NCBI GenBank assembly: GCA_034670305.1
Contig: JAXMNT010000029.1
Span: forward strand, 1-64,000
Source: Deltaproteobacteria bacterium
GTDB taxonomy: Bacteria > Myxococcota_A > Polyangia > Polyangiales > Houyiibacteriaceae
DNA: 64,000 nt
Direction of reading: 5' to 3'
Position numbers and translations under genes: made by a program. Shown piece by piece: positions 55,218 through 64,000 of the stretch. The notes under the pieces are model-generated. The model was not told the origin of the DNA, ran no database searches, and was given only the letters and a program-made list of their open reading frames with translations. Positions within the stretch are counted from its first letter, which is position 1. Every line of letters begins with the position of its first letter.

Positions 55218-56728
55218 AGAAGAGCCTTGTCACGGTCGGCGTCTGTCTGTTGGTGGGTGCACTCCCCTCGTTCGGCAGCGCGCAAGAACTGAGCAACGAG
55301 ATCACCGACCGCTGCGTGCGGGCTTCGGTGAAGGTCGTGATGCTGAACGACAGCAACGGTGGCAGCACCGGTTCGGGCAGCATGATCGACACCCGCGGGT
55401 ACGTGCTCACGAACTTTCACGTGGTCGGCCACATGCGACCGGAGACTGGCCGACCGGGCCAGCTCTACAACGCGCGCAACCGGGTGCACCTCGCGACCGT
55501 CGACAACGCGCGACAGTCCGCTCGGCCGCGCTGGCTCGGCGTGGTGGTCCGCGGCGACGTGCAGCTCGACCTCGCGCTCGTTCGCATCGTCTCGGACACC
55601 GATGGCCACGCCATCGAGGGCGCGCCCTTTCACGCGGTGCCGATGGCGCCCACCGATCAGCTGCGGCCGGGGTCGCGGGTGTGGGCATTCGGCTATCCGC
55701 TCGGGGTGCGCACCATCAACGTGACCGAAGGCTCCATCGCCGGTTTTCAGATGAACTCGGCCGATCAGGTGGCGTGGCTTCGCAGCGACGCGGAGTTCAA
55801 CCCCGGCAACAGCGGCGGCATGCTGGTCGATCAACGCGGCCGGCTCGTCGGTGTGCCGACACGCGTCTTTCACGGGGAGGGCCGCGCGCTCGAGCCGGTG
55901 GAGCTCGCGCGCCCAGTGGAGCGCATGCCGGCGGAGTGGCTGGCGGCGATGCGGCACGGTCACATCGAGGACGTGCAGATCACCGGGGTCGGGCGGTTGA
56001 ACGAAAACCACGCCCTGCACGCCACCGCGAACGGCGACCACGGAACGATCGGTTCTCCCGACCAACACTTCTACGAAGTGCCCGAGGCGCCCCGGCCAGC
56101 GCGGGTGACCACGCGGCGCGCGCTTCCGATCGCGCTGATGCATCGCGACGGCGTCATTCGCGAAGGCCGTGGCTCGGTGGAGGTTCGGGACGGCGACCCC
56201 GCGGACCCGATCATCTCCGTCGTCGTGCCCGGTGCCGCGGAGAACCCCGTGACCTACACGATCGACATCGAGTCCACCGCCCCCGCCACCGAAGCGACGC
56301 CGGCCGTCGCGGAAGCGCCGAATGGCGACGCACGACCGGCCAACCCCGCCGCCGCCTCCGGCGCGGGCGAAGAGGTGCGTCCCGACAACCCGGCTGCAAC
56401 CTCGGGCATCACGGTGACGGGCACTGTGGTGGATGCAGCCAGCGGCGCCCCGGTCTCCGGCGCGTACGTGGTGGTCGGTCGGCCCGGGGTCGCGCTCGGG
56501 CCCATCGTCGACGGCTACCTCCAAGGCCGGATCAGCGAATCCGACTTCCACGCCCAAATCCTCGCGCTCGTCCGAACCGACGTGCACGGCGGCTACACCC
56601 TCACGGATGCGCGGCCCGGCGCGTACCCCGGCGCGGCACTCTCGCGCGGTTACCGCCCCGCGAGTTTGACGATCACCATCGCCAACCGCCCCACGATCCA
56701 CCTGGGCGCCATCCGCCTCACCCGCTGA
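55214..56728 (+). CDS. Secreted trypsin-like (S1) serine protease with a C-terminal carboxypeptidase-regulatory-like domain
   Basis: Signal peptide; GSG..I...GYVLTNFHVV, DLALV and NPGNSGG triad motifs; VTGTVVDA.SGAPVSGA.V. Confidence 0.92.
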   Translation: MKKSLVTVGVCLLVGALPSFGSAQELSNEITDRCVRASVKVVMLNDSNGGSTGSGSMIDTRGYVLTNFHVVGHMRPETGRPGQLYNARNRVHLATVDNARQSARPRWLGVVVRGDVQLDLALVRIVSDTDGHAIEGAPFHAVPMAPTDQLRPGSRVWAFGYPLGVRTINVTEGSIAGFQMNSADQVAWLRSDAEFNPGNSGGMLVDQRGRLVGVPTRVFHGEGRALEPVELARPVERMPAEWLAAMRHGHIEDVQITGVGRLNENHALHATANGDHGTIGSPDQHFYEVPEAPRPARVTTRRALPIALMHRDGVIREGRGSVEVRDGDPADPIISVVVPGAAENPVTYTIDIESTAPATEATPAVAEAPNGDARPANPAAASGAGEEVRPDNPAATSGITVTGTVVDAASGAPVSGAYVVVGRPGVALGPIVDGYLQGRISESDFHAQILALVRTDVHGGYTLTDARPGAYPGAALSRGYRPASLTITIANRPTIHLGAIRLTR

Positions 56729-56761
56729 GTCGTTCCGCGGAACCCGGGAAGGTCGAACTCT

Positions 56762-57481
56762 TCAGCCGCCGGCGTCGAACTTGGCGACGCCGTACGCGAA
56801 CGCGGCCTCGGCGCAGGCGTCGTAGTCGCGGTAGAAGTCGGCTTCGTCGGGATCCCGCGCTGTTTTGCCGGACTGGTAGGCGCGGCGCCACCGGCCGAAG
56901 CGGGCGGGGTCGATGTGGATCGGGTCGAGGATCAGCAAGAGCGCCAGCGCGCCCATGGCCGAGGCTTCGCGCACCGGGTCTTCGAGCACTTCGTGGTCTG
57001 CGAAGTCTTCGTCGACGAGATGCACGCAGTGGTCGGCGATCCCCTGGAGGAAGCTCCGCGCGGCGGGGTGTTCGAAACACCCATCGGGAGGACGCGCCCA
57101 GGTCTTCTGAGTCGCGAAGGTCGATGGGACAGGGCCATGGAGTGCGCGCTCGAGCCGCGGATCGAAGTTCATCATCGCGTAGGTCGGGGGCACACCCGAC
57201 ACGATGTTCCGGAGCAGTGTCTCGATCTCTTCCGGGAACGCCAGAGGATCGGGCACATGCGAACGGATCGCCTTGACGAGCGTCGCGTGGAACTCGTTCT
57301 CCGGGCTGAGGCTGTAGGGTGAGAACTGAATCAGGCACCCGATGCACGCGAGCAGCTCACCCGTGGTGCTGTCCTCCGGATGTCCGAGCGCGCGCACCCC
57401 GTCTTCGACGGTGTGTGCGATCGCGACCAACCCGTCCTGCGCGGTGTCGTTCTGAAGAATGCCTCTGCCCCAAGCGCCCAT
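56762..57481 (-). CDS. Hypothetical protein with a DUF4259-like N-terminus
   Basis: MGAWGRGILQNDTAQD resembles the MGAWGxGxFxND start of DUF4259. Confidence 0.65.
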   Translation of the reverse strand: MGAWGRGILQNDTAQDGLVAIAHTVEDGVRALGHPEDSTTGELLACIGCLIQFSPYSLSPENEFHATLVKAIRSHVPDPLAFPEEIETLLRNIVSGVPPTYAMMNFDPRLERALHGPVPSTFATQKTWARPPDGCFEHPAARSFLQGIADHCVHLVDEDFADHEVLEDPVREASAMGALALLLILDPIHIDPARFGRWRRAYQSGKTARDPDEADFYRDYDACAEAAFAYGVAKFDAGG

Positions 57482-57596
57482 CGAGCGACCGTACCAGCTG
57501 GGGTCGCGAAGCGAGCCAGGAACGTGGCATCGGCGGGCCGCAGTCGGGTGGGTGTTCGGGAGCGGACGACCATCCAGGCTGCATCGGCCAATGGCG

Positions 57597-59165
57597 CTAC
57601 TGCTGGACGAGGAAGAACTGAAGGGCCTGGGGCTGGGCCTGCGCGGCCGCCGCGTCGAGCCATTCGCCGAAGTTCTTCCGGGCGGACTTTGACAGCACCC
57701 GGCCGGCCGCCTCGCGGGCCTCCGTGTGGCGGGTGGGGTCGACGCAGATCACCAAGAGCCCCGCGACGGTGCCGCAGAACGAGGGCGCCTTCTGAGGTTC
57801 GCCGAGGTGGACGACCGCGCGTTTGTCGTCGGGGGTCCAGCCTTTCTGTTTCAGACTGTCGGCGAAGAACGAGCGGCCCAGCATGTCGGCGAGGGACCAG
57901 TAAAGCAGCCCGAGACCTTCGTGGCCGACGCCCTCGAGGTAGTCCCGCCAGACCCGCTGCGCAGTCCCCTTCGGGAGGTCCAGGTCGCGATCGATGTCGC
58001 GGGTGTGGTCTGCGAAGTACTGGTGGTAGTGGGCCCGTGACGAGGCTTCTTCCTTGGTGCCCTTCGCGAAGTCGAAGAAGCTCGGGAAGAGATCGGCCTT
58101 GAGCCGATAGCCGTACAGCTTGGGTTTTGGGCCCACGTTGAATCGGCGCGACGAGACGAGCGTTCCGGAACCAGGGATCTCGATGCGCGGTTTCTCGACG
58201 TGCGCGGCACCGCGTGCGGCGGTCTGTGCCCGCAGCTCGCGCAGCACGCCGGTCGGATCGATCGGTTCACGGGCCACCAGAGGGCCGTCGCTGAGCAGAT
58301 CCCCGAACACGACGCGTGCGCTGCATCCGGTGTCGGCGGTCCCGAGCGCGCACGCGACGCGGGAGGTCGTGCGGTTGAAGCCCCAGTCGTAGGCGTCCCA
58401 GCCACCACGGAGGATGCCGTCGCCGTCCCCTTTCACTTGGAAAGGCTGCGCAGACGGGTACCCCGCCACACTGCCGAACGGGTAGGCATCGTCGGCGACC
58501 CACTCGCCGAGGTTGCCGATCATGCCCAGCAGACCGAAGGCGTTCGGGGCCTTCTGCTGCGCACGATCGCGGGTTCGGTACGGGAACTCGGACTTCGAGT
58601 TGGCGACCGTCCATGCGGCTTCGACGTCCGGGTCATCGCCCCAGTAGAAGATCGTGTCGGATCCGGCACGGCAGGCGTACTCCCACTCGACTTCGGTGGG
58701 GAGCCGCGCGCCGATGCGTTCCGCCCACGCTGCGACATCGGCCCGGTCCACGGCATCGATCGCACACCCATCGGCGAAGTACCGACCGAGCTTCGCCCCC
58801 TCGAAACGCGCCCAGGCGTATTCGGTCACCAAGTACTCGCCGATGAGAAACGGCTCGACCCGCACCACGCAGGTGCCCGCGTCCTCTTCGAGGTCGACTT
58901 TGTAGTCGCCCCGGATCCGCTCGGTGTGCGGCCCAGAACCCATCGCCACGGCTCCGCCCGGGAGGAGGTGAAACCGCATCTTCGTTGCGACGTGCTCGAA
59001 CACGGCGACGGTGTGGCTCTGTTCGCCGCTGTCGAAGGTGTGCAGTCCCTCGTACTCGAAGCAGGCCGCGAGCTTTCGCGCGTGGAGCGCACGGGCAACG
59101 GCGTCCTGCTCGGTGGGTGTGGCAGCGTCCCACTTCGCGCAGTCGGTCAACAGGGCCTCAGTCAT
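57597..59165 (-). CDS. FGE-sulfatase (SUMF1) domain protein with an unknown C-terminal domain
   Basis: LPGG...MGS, RLPTEVEWEYACRAG, PNAFGL.GM.GN..EW and RGG.W. Confidence 0.88.
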   Translation of the reverse strand: MTEALLTDCAKWDAATPTEQDAVARALHARKLAACFEYEGLHTFDSGEQSHTVAVFEHVATKMRFHLLPGGAVAMGSGPHTERIRGDYKVDLEEDAGTCVVRVEPFLIGEYLVTEYAWARFEGAKLGRYFADGCAIDAVDRADVAAWAERIGARLPTEVEWEYACRAGSDTIFYWGDDPDVEAAWTVANSKSEFPYRTRDRAQQKAPNAFGLLGMIGNLGEWVADDAYPFGSVAGYPSAQPFQVKGDGDGILRGGWDAYDWGFNRTTSRVACALGTADTGCSARVVFGDLLSDGPLVAREPIDPTGVLRELRAQTAARGAAHVEKPRIEIPGSGTLVSSRRFNVGPKPKLYGYRLKADLFPSFFDFAKGTKEEASSRAHYHQYFADHTRDIDRDLDLPKGTAQRVWRDYLEGVGHEGLGLLYWSLADMLGRSFFADSLKQKGWTPDDKRAVVHLGEPQKAPSFCGTVAGLLVICVDPTRHTEAREAAGRVLSKSARKNFGEWLDAAAAQAQPQALQFFLVQQ

Positions 59166-59307
59166 GCGCGGGTGATACGCGGAATGCTCGGATCTGTCCC
59201 CACCAGAGATGCGGTGCGACGCGACGGGACGCGGTTGGCTGCGGTCCGGAACGAGAAAAGCCTCGAGGTCCAAGACCTCGAGGCTCATCAGAAACGCGGG
59301 CCGAGGC

Positions 59308-59448
59308 CTAGCGCTTTTTGGCGGAACCCTGGCGCGCCTTGAAGCGCGGGTTCGACTTGCAGATGACGTAGACGCGGCCACGGCGACGCACGATGCGGCA
59401 GTCCGGGTGACGCTTCTTGGCGCTCTTGAGCGAGTTGACGACCTTCAC
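59308..59448 (-). CDS. rpmJ: 50S ribosomal protein L36, type B (YkgO-like); absent from the ORF track
   Basis: Hand translation [46 protein letters not shown]; the GTG start overlaps the rpmF stop. Confidence 0.95.
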   Translation of the reverse strand: MKVVNSLKSAKKRHPDCRIVRRRGRVYVICKSNPRFKARQGSAKKR

Positions 59449-59636
59449 AGTTCCACTCCAAGCTTCTCGAGCTCGCGCTCGGTGAGGTAGGGCAAGGCTT
59501 TTGCCATGCGACGGGGAACGACGACGGTCTGTCCGTTGAACTGGACTTCGACGAGCTCCGGCGCGCTCACCTTGTCGTGGTTTGCACGTCGCTGATCACG
59601 CTTCATGCGCGACATTCTTCGCTTCGGAACGGCCAT
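59445..59636 (-). CDS. rpmF: 50S ribosomal protein L32, Cys-free form
   Basis: [19 protein letters not shown]-terminus; no CxxC motifs. Confidence 0.93.
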   Translation of the reverse strand: MAVPKRRMSRMKRDQRRANHDKVSAPELVEVQFNGQTVVVPRRMAKALPYLTERELEKLGVEL

Positions 59637-59689
59637 GATGATTCTCGGGGTAAGAGGTCCGCAGCCCGATAGGGGTCACGGGGCCGGCG

Positions 59690-59718
59690 TACATACGGTG
59701 TCCGGGGGGAGGTTGCAA
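59690..59718 (-). promoter_or_regulatory. Possible sigma70-type promoter for rpmF-rpmJ
   Basis: Minus-strand TTGCAA-N17-TATGTA, about 55 bp upstream of rpmF; the -10 box is imperfect. Confidence 0.3.
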
Positions 59719-59808
59719 GCAGGGAAGTGATCAGCCGCGACGCGCCCCGAACTGAACGAGTGTTCGGATGGGATGGGCGAAGCGAGCCAGGCCCGTATCG
59801 GCAGTAAA

Positions 59809-60105
59809 CTAAGAGTCGCAGACTCGGAGGACGACGCGCTCGGTCGAGTCCTTGAGCACGAGCTGGCAGCAGAGCCGCACGTGATCGTCGTCGCCGAAGA
59901 TCTCGAGCACGTCGAGTTCGTCATCGGTCGGGGGGATGAGTGCACTGGCTCCCTCGATCACCTCGACCCGGCAGGTGCCGCAGGAGGCCGCCCGGCAGGA
60001 GAACGGCACATCGCTCTCAGGATACTCGTCGGTCACATCCACCAGCCGGGTCCCGGTGCGGATTTCGGTCTCGAACCCGCTTGGCTCGAACTTCAGCAAA
60101 GTCAT
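59809..60105 (-). CDS. 2Fe-2S ferredoxin
   Basis: FSCRAASCGTC...RLCCQ ligand pattern; 98 aa. Confidence 0.9.
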   Translation of the reverse strand: MTLLKFEPSGFETEIRTGTRLVDVTDEYPESDVPFSCRAASCGTCRVEVIEGASALIPPTDDELDVLEIFGDDDHVRLCCQLVLKDSTERVVLRVCDS

Positions 60106-60343
60106 GCGCGGCCGTGTAGCACAACTGCGGCGGCGTCGCCTTCGCCAACCCGGCTGAGCTTGGCCGGGTGCTCGTGCGGAGGCGCACAGGACGCGACGAC
60201 GGTCCAACCATCGAGGTCACGGCGGGAACGGCGTCTTTCCGCGGGGTTGGGGATCTCGCGGGCACTTCCCAAGCGGGCGCCCAGGCCCCGAGTGCCCGGC
60301 GCTGCTGGCGAGTGAGCATGGTTCGCGTCATCGTCGTGACCCG

Positions 60344-62536
60344 ATGGGTGGGGTGGACACGGAGGGGCGACTGGACCCGTCGCTGACGCGGCTCTTGGGC
60401 GATGCGTCCATCGATCCCCAAGCGACGCGTTTCTTCCAAGGCGCGCGCCTCGTGCTGGCGACGAACGACCCGCTGCGGGCCGATGCGATCGCCGGCCAGC
60501 TGCGGGCCCATGGCGCGTACGTTGGGCTCTGCGATGCGGAGGGCCATGGCATCGAGCGGCTCACGTTCCTCGATCCACACGTCGTGCTCTGCGATGCGCG
60601 GCCGGCCGATGGCCAAGTGCTGGAAGCAAGAACCGCAGTGCTCGAAGCGAAGCTTCGACAGAACCCGCGGCTGGCTGGCGCCCGCATCGCCGAAGTGCGG
60701 TGGAGTACGATCTGGCCGCTGGGGACGACGCCTCGACTGGTGAGTCTGGGACGGCTCGTGCATCCGCACACCGCGGCCGATCGCGAGATCCGATCGCTCG
60801 CCACGCGGGGCAAGAAGTTCGGCACGCCGATCGAGAGCCTGGGGGTGCCGCGGCTTCTGCGCGCGCTCGAAGACACCACCGACCGAGTGATCCGAGTGGA
60901 GCTCGAGTCCGCCGGTCACCTCGCGGTGGTCGAACTGTGCGGCGCCTTGGTGGTGCACGCGACGTTCCGGATGGACGGCGAGATCGTGCCACGCTACTCG
61001 GGGCGCCGAGCGCTCGCGGCCGCAGTGCAGATGCGCACCGGTCGAGCGCGCGTCGATTCCCGCGCGCTCGCGCGGGCGCTGACGATCATGGAGCCGGTGT
61101 CGCGGGCGCTCGACGGGGCGGAACATGGTCCGCACCTGCAGGCGGTGGAGATCTTCGACGCCATTCCGGAAGCGAAGACCGAAGAACACGATCTCGGAGT
61201 ACTCGCCGCGAAGATGGCGCAGGCCCAGTCGATCTCGGGGTTCGAAATCGACCTCCCGGATGCCACCTCGCCCGATGCGCTCGCGGATCCCGACCCCGAC
61301 CACACGACCCAGAAACGCGCGGCCGTCGACACCGGATTTCCGGACGCGCCCCCGTACTTCGAGGACCCGTTCCGCACGGTGAGTGGGCGGCCGGCGCCGC
61401 GGTTGCGGCCCCTGCCGCCGCCGCCGGTGGCGCCTGCAGTCGCGCGCGTTTCGATGCCACCGCCTCCTCCGGTCGGGCACGTGCGGTCGTCGTGGTCGCC
61501 GCCCAGACCGAGTCGGTCGCCGGTTCTTGCGGACCCTGCGAAGTCCCCCGCGCCGCCCGCCGCAGCGGTTGCGCCGGCGTCCGTTCCGGCGCGCCCGCCG
61601 GCCGCTCTGTCGGCGACGACTCCGAGTCCGCGCTCGATCGCGCCTGCGTCGGTCCCGTTGCCGTCGGTGGCGCCGCCGCCGAAGTACGCGCTGGGCCCCG
61701 ACGAAGCCGGTGCCCACACCGCGCCGCATCTGAAGGCGCGTGGGTCGCGCTCGTGGATCTCGGTGCCGATGATCGCTGCGGCGGTGGGCATGGCGGCGGT
61801 GGTCGGGTTGAGTTCGATGACGATCGATGGACCGGCGGTGGTGGAGGCCGGCGTGTCGGTGGAGGACGTCGCTGTGGCGAACGGGGCGGCGAGTTCGGTG
61901 GTTGGAGAGACGGCTGGGGAGTCGACGCATGTGGCGGTGGCCGTGGGCGTTGCCGAAGGCGATGCCGTTGCCGAAGCCGAAGCCGAAGCCGACGCCGAAG
62001 CCGACGCCGAAGCCGACGCCGTAGGCGACGCCGATGCCGAAGCCGAAGCCGAAGCCGCTGCCGAAGCCGTAGCCGACGCCGAAGCCGACGCCGACGCCGA
62101 TGCCGACGCTGACGCCGTAGCCGATTCCGATTCCGATTCCGATTCCGATTCCGCTTCCGCTACCGCTTCCGCTACCGCTACCGCTACCGCTACCGCTACC
62201 GCTTCCGATTCCGAAACCGCTTCTTCCGCTACCGCTTCCGCTGTCGAGCGGTTCTTGCCGGGGGAGTTTGGGCGGGAGAGGGATCGGGAGGCGTCGGATC
62301 GCATTCTCCGGTCGGCGGAGGGGCTCGAGGGGGAGGCGCGGATCGCGCGGCTGCACGAGGCGGTTCGGGCGTCGGTGGCGAACCCGCACCCGGCGTACGC
62401 GCTCGCGATCGAGTTGCGGGACCGGGGCGAGATGCGCGGGGCGTTGGCGTGGGCGCGGCAGGCGTTGCGGCTGAGGCGCAACCGCAGCCGGTACCGCACG
62501 CTGGTCGAACAACTCGAGTCGCGCGAGTCGCGCTAG
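60344..62536 (+). CDS. Hypothetical membrane protein: possible REC/DUF4388-like N-terminus, Pro-rich linker, TM, low-complexity stalk, TPR-like C-terminus
   Basis: 730-aa ORF; TM ISVPMIAAAVGMAAVVGL; (AE/AD)n, (DS)n and (AT)n tracts. Confidence 0.7.
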   Translation: MGGVDTEGRLDPSLTRLLGDASIDPQATRFFQGARLVLATNDPLRADAIAGQLRAHGAYVGLCDAEGHGIERLTFLDPHVVLCDARPADGQVLEARTAVLEAKLRQNPRLAGARIAEVRWSTIWPLGTTPRLVSLGRLVHPHTAADREIRSLATRGKKFGTPIESLGVPRLLRALEDTTDRVIRVELESAGHLAVVELCGALVVHATFRMDGEIVPRYSGRRALAAAVQMRTGRARVDSRALARALTIMEPVSRALDGAEHGPHLQAVEIFDAIPEAKTEEHDLGVLAAKMAQAQSISGFEIDLPDATSPDALADPDPDHTTQKRAAVDTGFPDAPPYFEDPFRTVSGRPAPRLRPLPPPPVAPAVARVSMPPPPPVGHVRSSWSPPRPSRSPVLADPAKSPAPPAAAVAPASVPARPPAALSATTPSPRSIAPASVPLPSVAPPPKYALGPDEAGAHTAPHLKARGSRSWISVPMIAAAVGMAAVVGLSSMTIDGPAVVEAGVSVEDVAVANGAASSVVGETAGESTHVAVAVGVAEGDAVAEAEAEADAEADAEADAVGDADAEAEAEAAAEAVADAEADADADADADAVADSDSDSDSDSASATASATATATATATASDSETASSATASAVERFLPGEFGRERDREASDRILRSAEGLEGEARIARLHEAVRASVANPHPAYALAIELRDRGEMRGALAWARQALRLRRNRSRYRTLVEQLESRESR

Positions 62537-62543
62537 GGCGCAG

Positions 62544-63977
62544 TCACTCGGACTCGAGGGCCTTGCGACGCAGACGTTCGTACTCGAACCGGAGCCCGTC
62601 GATCTGTGCTTGGAGCTGTTCGCGTTCGAGCAGGAGGCGGCGGAGCAGCACGCGCCGGCTTCGAAACAGCGTGCGCAACATGATGCGGTGGCCGTAGCGC
62701 CCGAGTCGCTGGCGGTAGCGCATGAACCACACCCCGCTCAGCGGCAGGCTCACGACGTAGAGCGCCAGGCCGATGGGCGTGGCACCGGCGCCCCACACGC
62801 CCGAACTGTGAAAGAGGTACGCGAGCGTGAAGAAGAGGGCGCCTCCGGTCACGGCGCGCACGCTGCGGATCGCTTCCTCGGGTGCCCGCAGCGCGAACCG
62901 GCGCGTGAGTCGGTAGGGCACGAAGTTGTGGAACAGACCCCACAGCGCGATGGGGGCCAGCGCGATCGCGTAGGTGGTCGCTTTCGCCGCTTCCCAGCGC
63001 GCGGAGACCTTGCGCGCCGCGCTCTCCTCGAAGCCGTGCCGCAATCGGAGCTGTCGAAGGTGGGCTTCGTACCGCTCGAGGTTGCGCGTGAGCCGCGCGA
63101 GCTCCTCGGGTTTGGTTCGTTCGTAGTGGTCGATCGCATCGGCGATCCACTGGCGGACCTGGCGCCGTCCTTCGAGGTCGCCCCGTTCGGTCCCGCGTCC
63201 GCTCACCCGCTGAAGGAACTTCTCGTCCAACGTGCGCAGGTCGATCGAACCGACGAGCTCCGCCTGCAGTTGATCCCCGACGAGCGCGTCGATCGCATGC
63301 AGCAGCACGGTGTGTTCTTCCCGGTGCACGTGGATCGCCTGCGCGCGCATCGCGTGCTGCAGGTCGTCCGTCATCGTGCGCGCGGCCGCCCGCGGATCGG
63401 CTTCGAACCGTTCGCGGTAGTCGACGGCTCGAATCGGTGGCCCGAACCGGATGAGCACGCGGGCGAGGAACTGGTCGCGTTCTTCGTAGTTCAGTCCGAT
63501 GGGGATCACCTTCACGTCGAGCGACCAACCGTTCGCGGCTTCGGCGCCGAGGGCGATCCGCGCCACGCCGGTCTTGATGTCGCGGACGTGGCGTTCGGGC
63601 GCGTTCTGTCCTTCGGGGAAGATGCCGATCACGCCGCCGTCCGTGAGCACATCGAACGCGGCGCGGAACGCATCGTCGTTGCCTCCGGGCTTCGTGGGTG
63701 GGCCGTCCTGCCGCCGGAAGATCGGAATGGCGCCGGCGGCTTTCATCAACCGGCCCATCACGCCGCGGAAGAGTCCGCTGCGGGCGAGAAAGCCGATCGG
63801 TCGCCGGACCTGCGACCCGAGCACCATGGCATCGAGCACGGAGTTCGGGTGGTTGCTGGCGAGCAGGAGCGGCCCTTCGCTGGTCAGGTGCGCTTCGCCC
63901 TCGACCTGGAGGTCGAGGAAGTAGAACTCGACGCCGCGCCGGAAGATCCGACGGGACATCGTGTACAGCCAAGGCAC
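62544..63977 (-). CDS. Lysophospholipid/glycerol-3-phosphate acyltransferase family protein
   Basis: NHPNSVLD (HX4D), FLAR, GAIPI.R, IFPEG and KTG.ARIA; C-terminal TM segments. Confidence 0.9.
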   Translation of the reverse strand: MPWLYTMSRRIFRRGVEFYFLDLQVEGEAHLTSEGPLLLASNHPNSVLDAMVLGSQVRRPIGFLARSGLFRGVMGRLMKAAGAIPIFRRQDGPPTKPGGNDDAFRAAFDVLTDGGVIGIFPEGQNAPERHVRDIKTGVARIALGAEAANGWSLDVKVIPIGLNYEERDQFLARVLIRFGPPIRAVDYRERFEADPRAAARTMTDDLQHAMRAQAIHVHREEHTVLLHAIDALVGDQLQAELVGSIDLRTLDEKFLQRVSGRGTERGDLEGRRQVRQWIADAIDHYERTKPEELARLTRNLERYEAHLRQLRLRHGFEESAARKVSARWEAAKATTYAIALAPIALWGLFHNFVPYRLTRRFALRAPEEAIRSVRAVTGGALFFTLAYLFHSSGVWGAGATPIGLALYVVSLPLSGVWFMRYRQRLGRYGHRIMLRTLFRSRRVLLRRLLLEREQLQAQIDGLRFEYERLRRKALESE

Positions 63978-64000
63978 GTCCGCGTTCTCTCACCCGACAC

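Overview
Very GC-rich bacterial chromosomal DNA. Gene content (Cys/Asp-rich 'CDGxDNDCDG' repeat surface proteins, a MYXO-CTERM-like tag, a DUF1592/DUF1552 pair, a DUF4388-like signalling protein) points to a myxobacterium, probably Polyangiales/Sandaracinaceae-like (inference). About 45 CDSs are supported; I saw no rRNA, tRNA, CRISPR array or intact transposase. Main blocks: a FadL-like porin and repeat/RCC1 surface protein; a PuuR-type polyamine/GABA cluster (gabT, C-N hydrolase, Orn/Lys/Arg decarboxylase, ATP-grasp ligase, C45 Ntn-hydrolase; divergent puuR-gabD) with two palindromic operator candidates; a SauUSI-like PLD-helicase-DUF3427 gene followed by an XPF/ERCC4-(HhH)2 nuclease; a bacterial GRAS protein; a SNF2 helicase; cysD-cysNC; two sensor kinases, one lacking its phospho-His; a 1790-aa apparent two-in-one surface polyprotein; orn; and a zinc-ribbon-less rpmF-rpmJ pair. 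Intergenic DNA carries structured hexamer arrays, an exact 89-bp inverted duplication with a four-helix-bundle-like tail, and a REPIN-like element. Strongest novelty candidates: the ATP-grasp/C45 pair inside the polyamine regulon, the polyprotein with an internal MYXO-CTERM plus lipobox, and the SauUSI-like plus XPF-like pair. All domain calls come from motif reading by eye, not database searches, and many start codons are my choices within longer ORFs.
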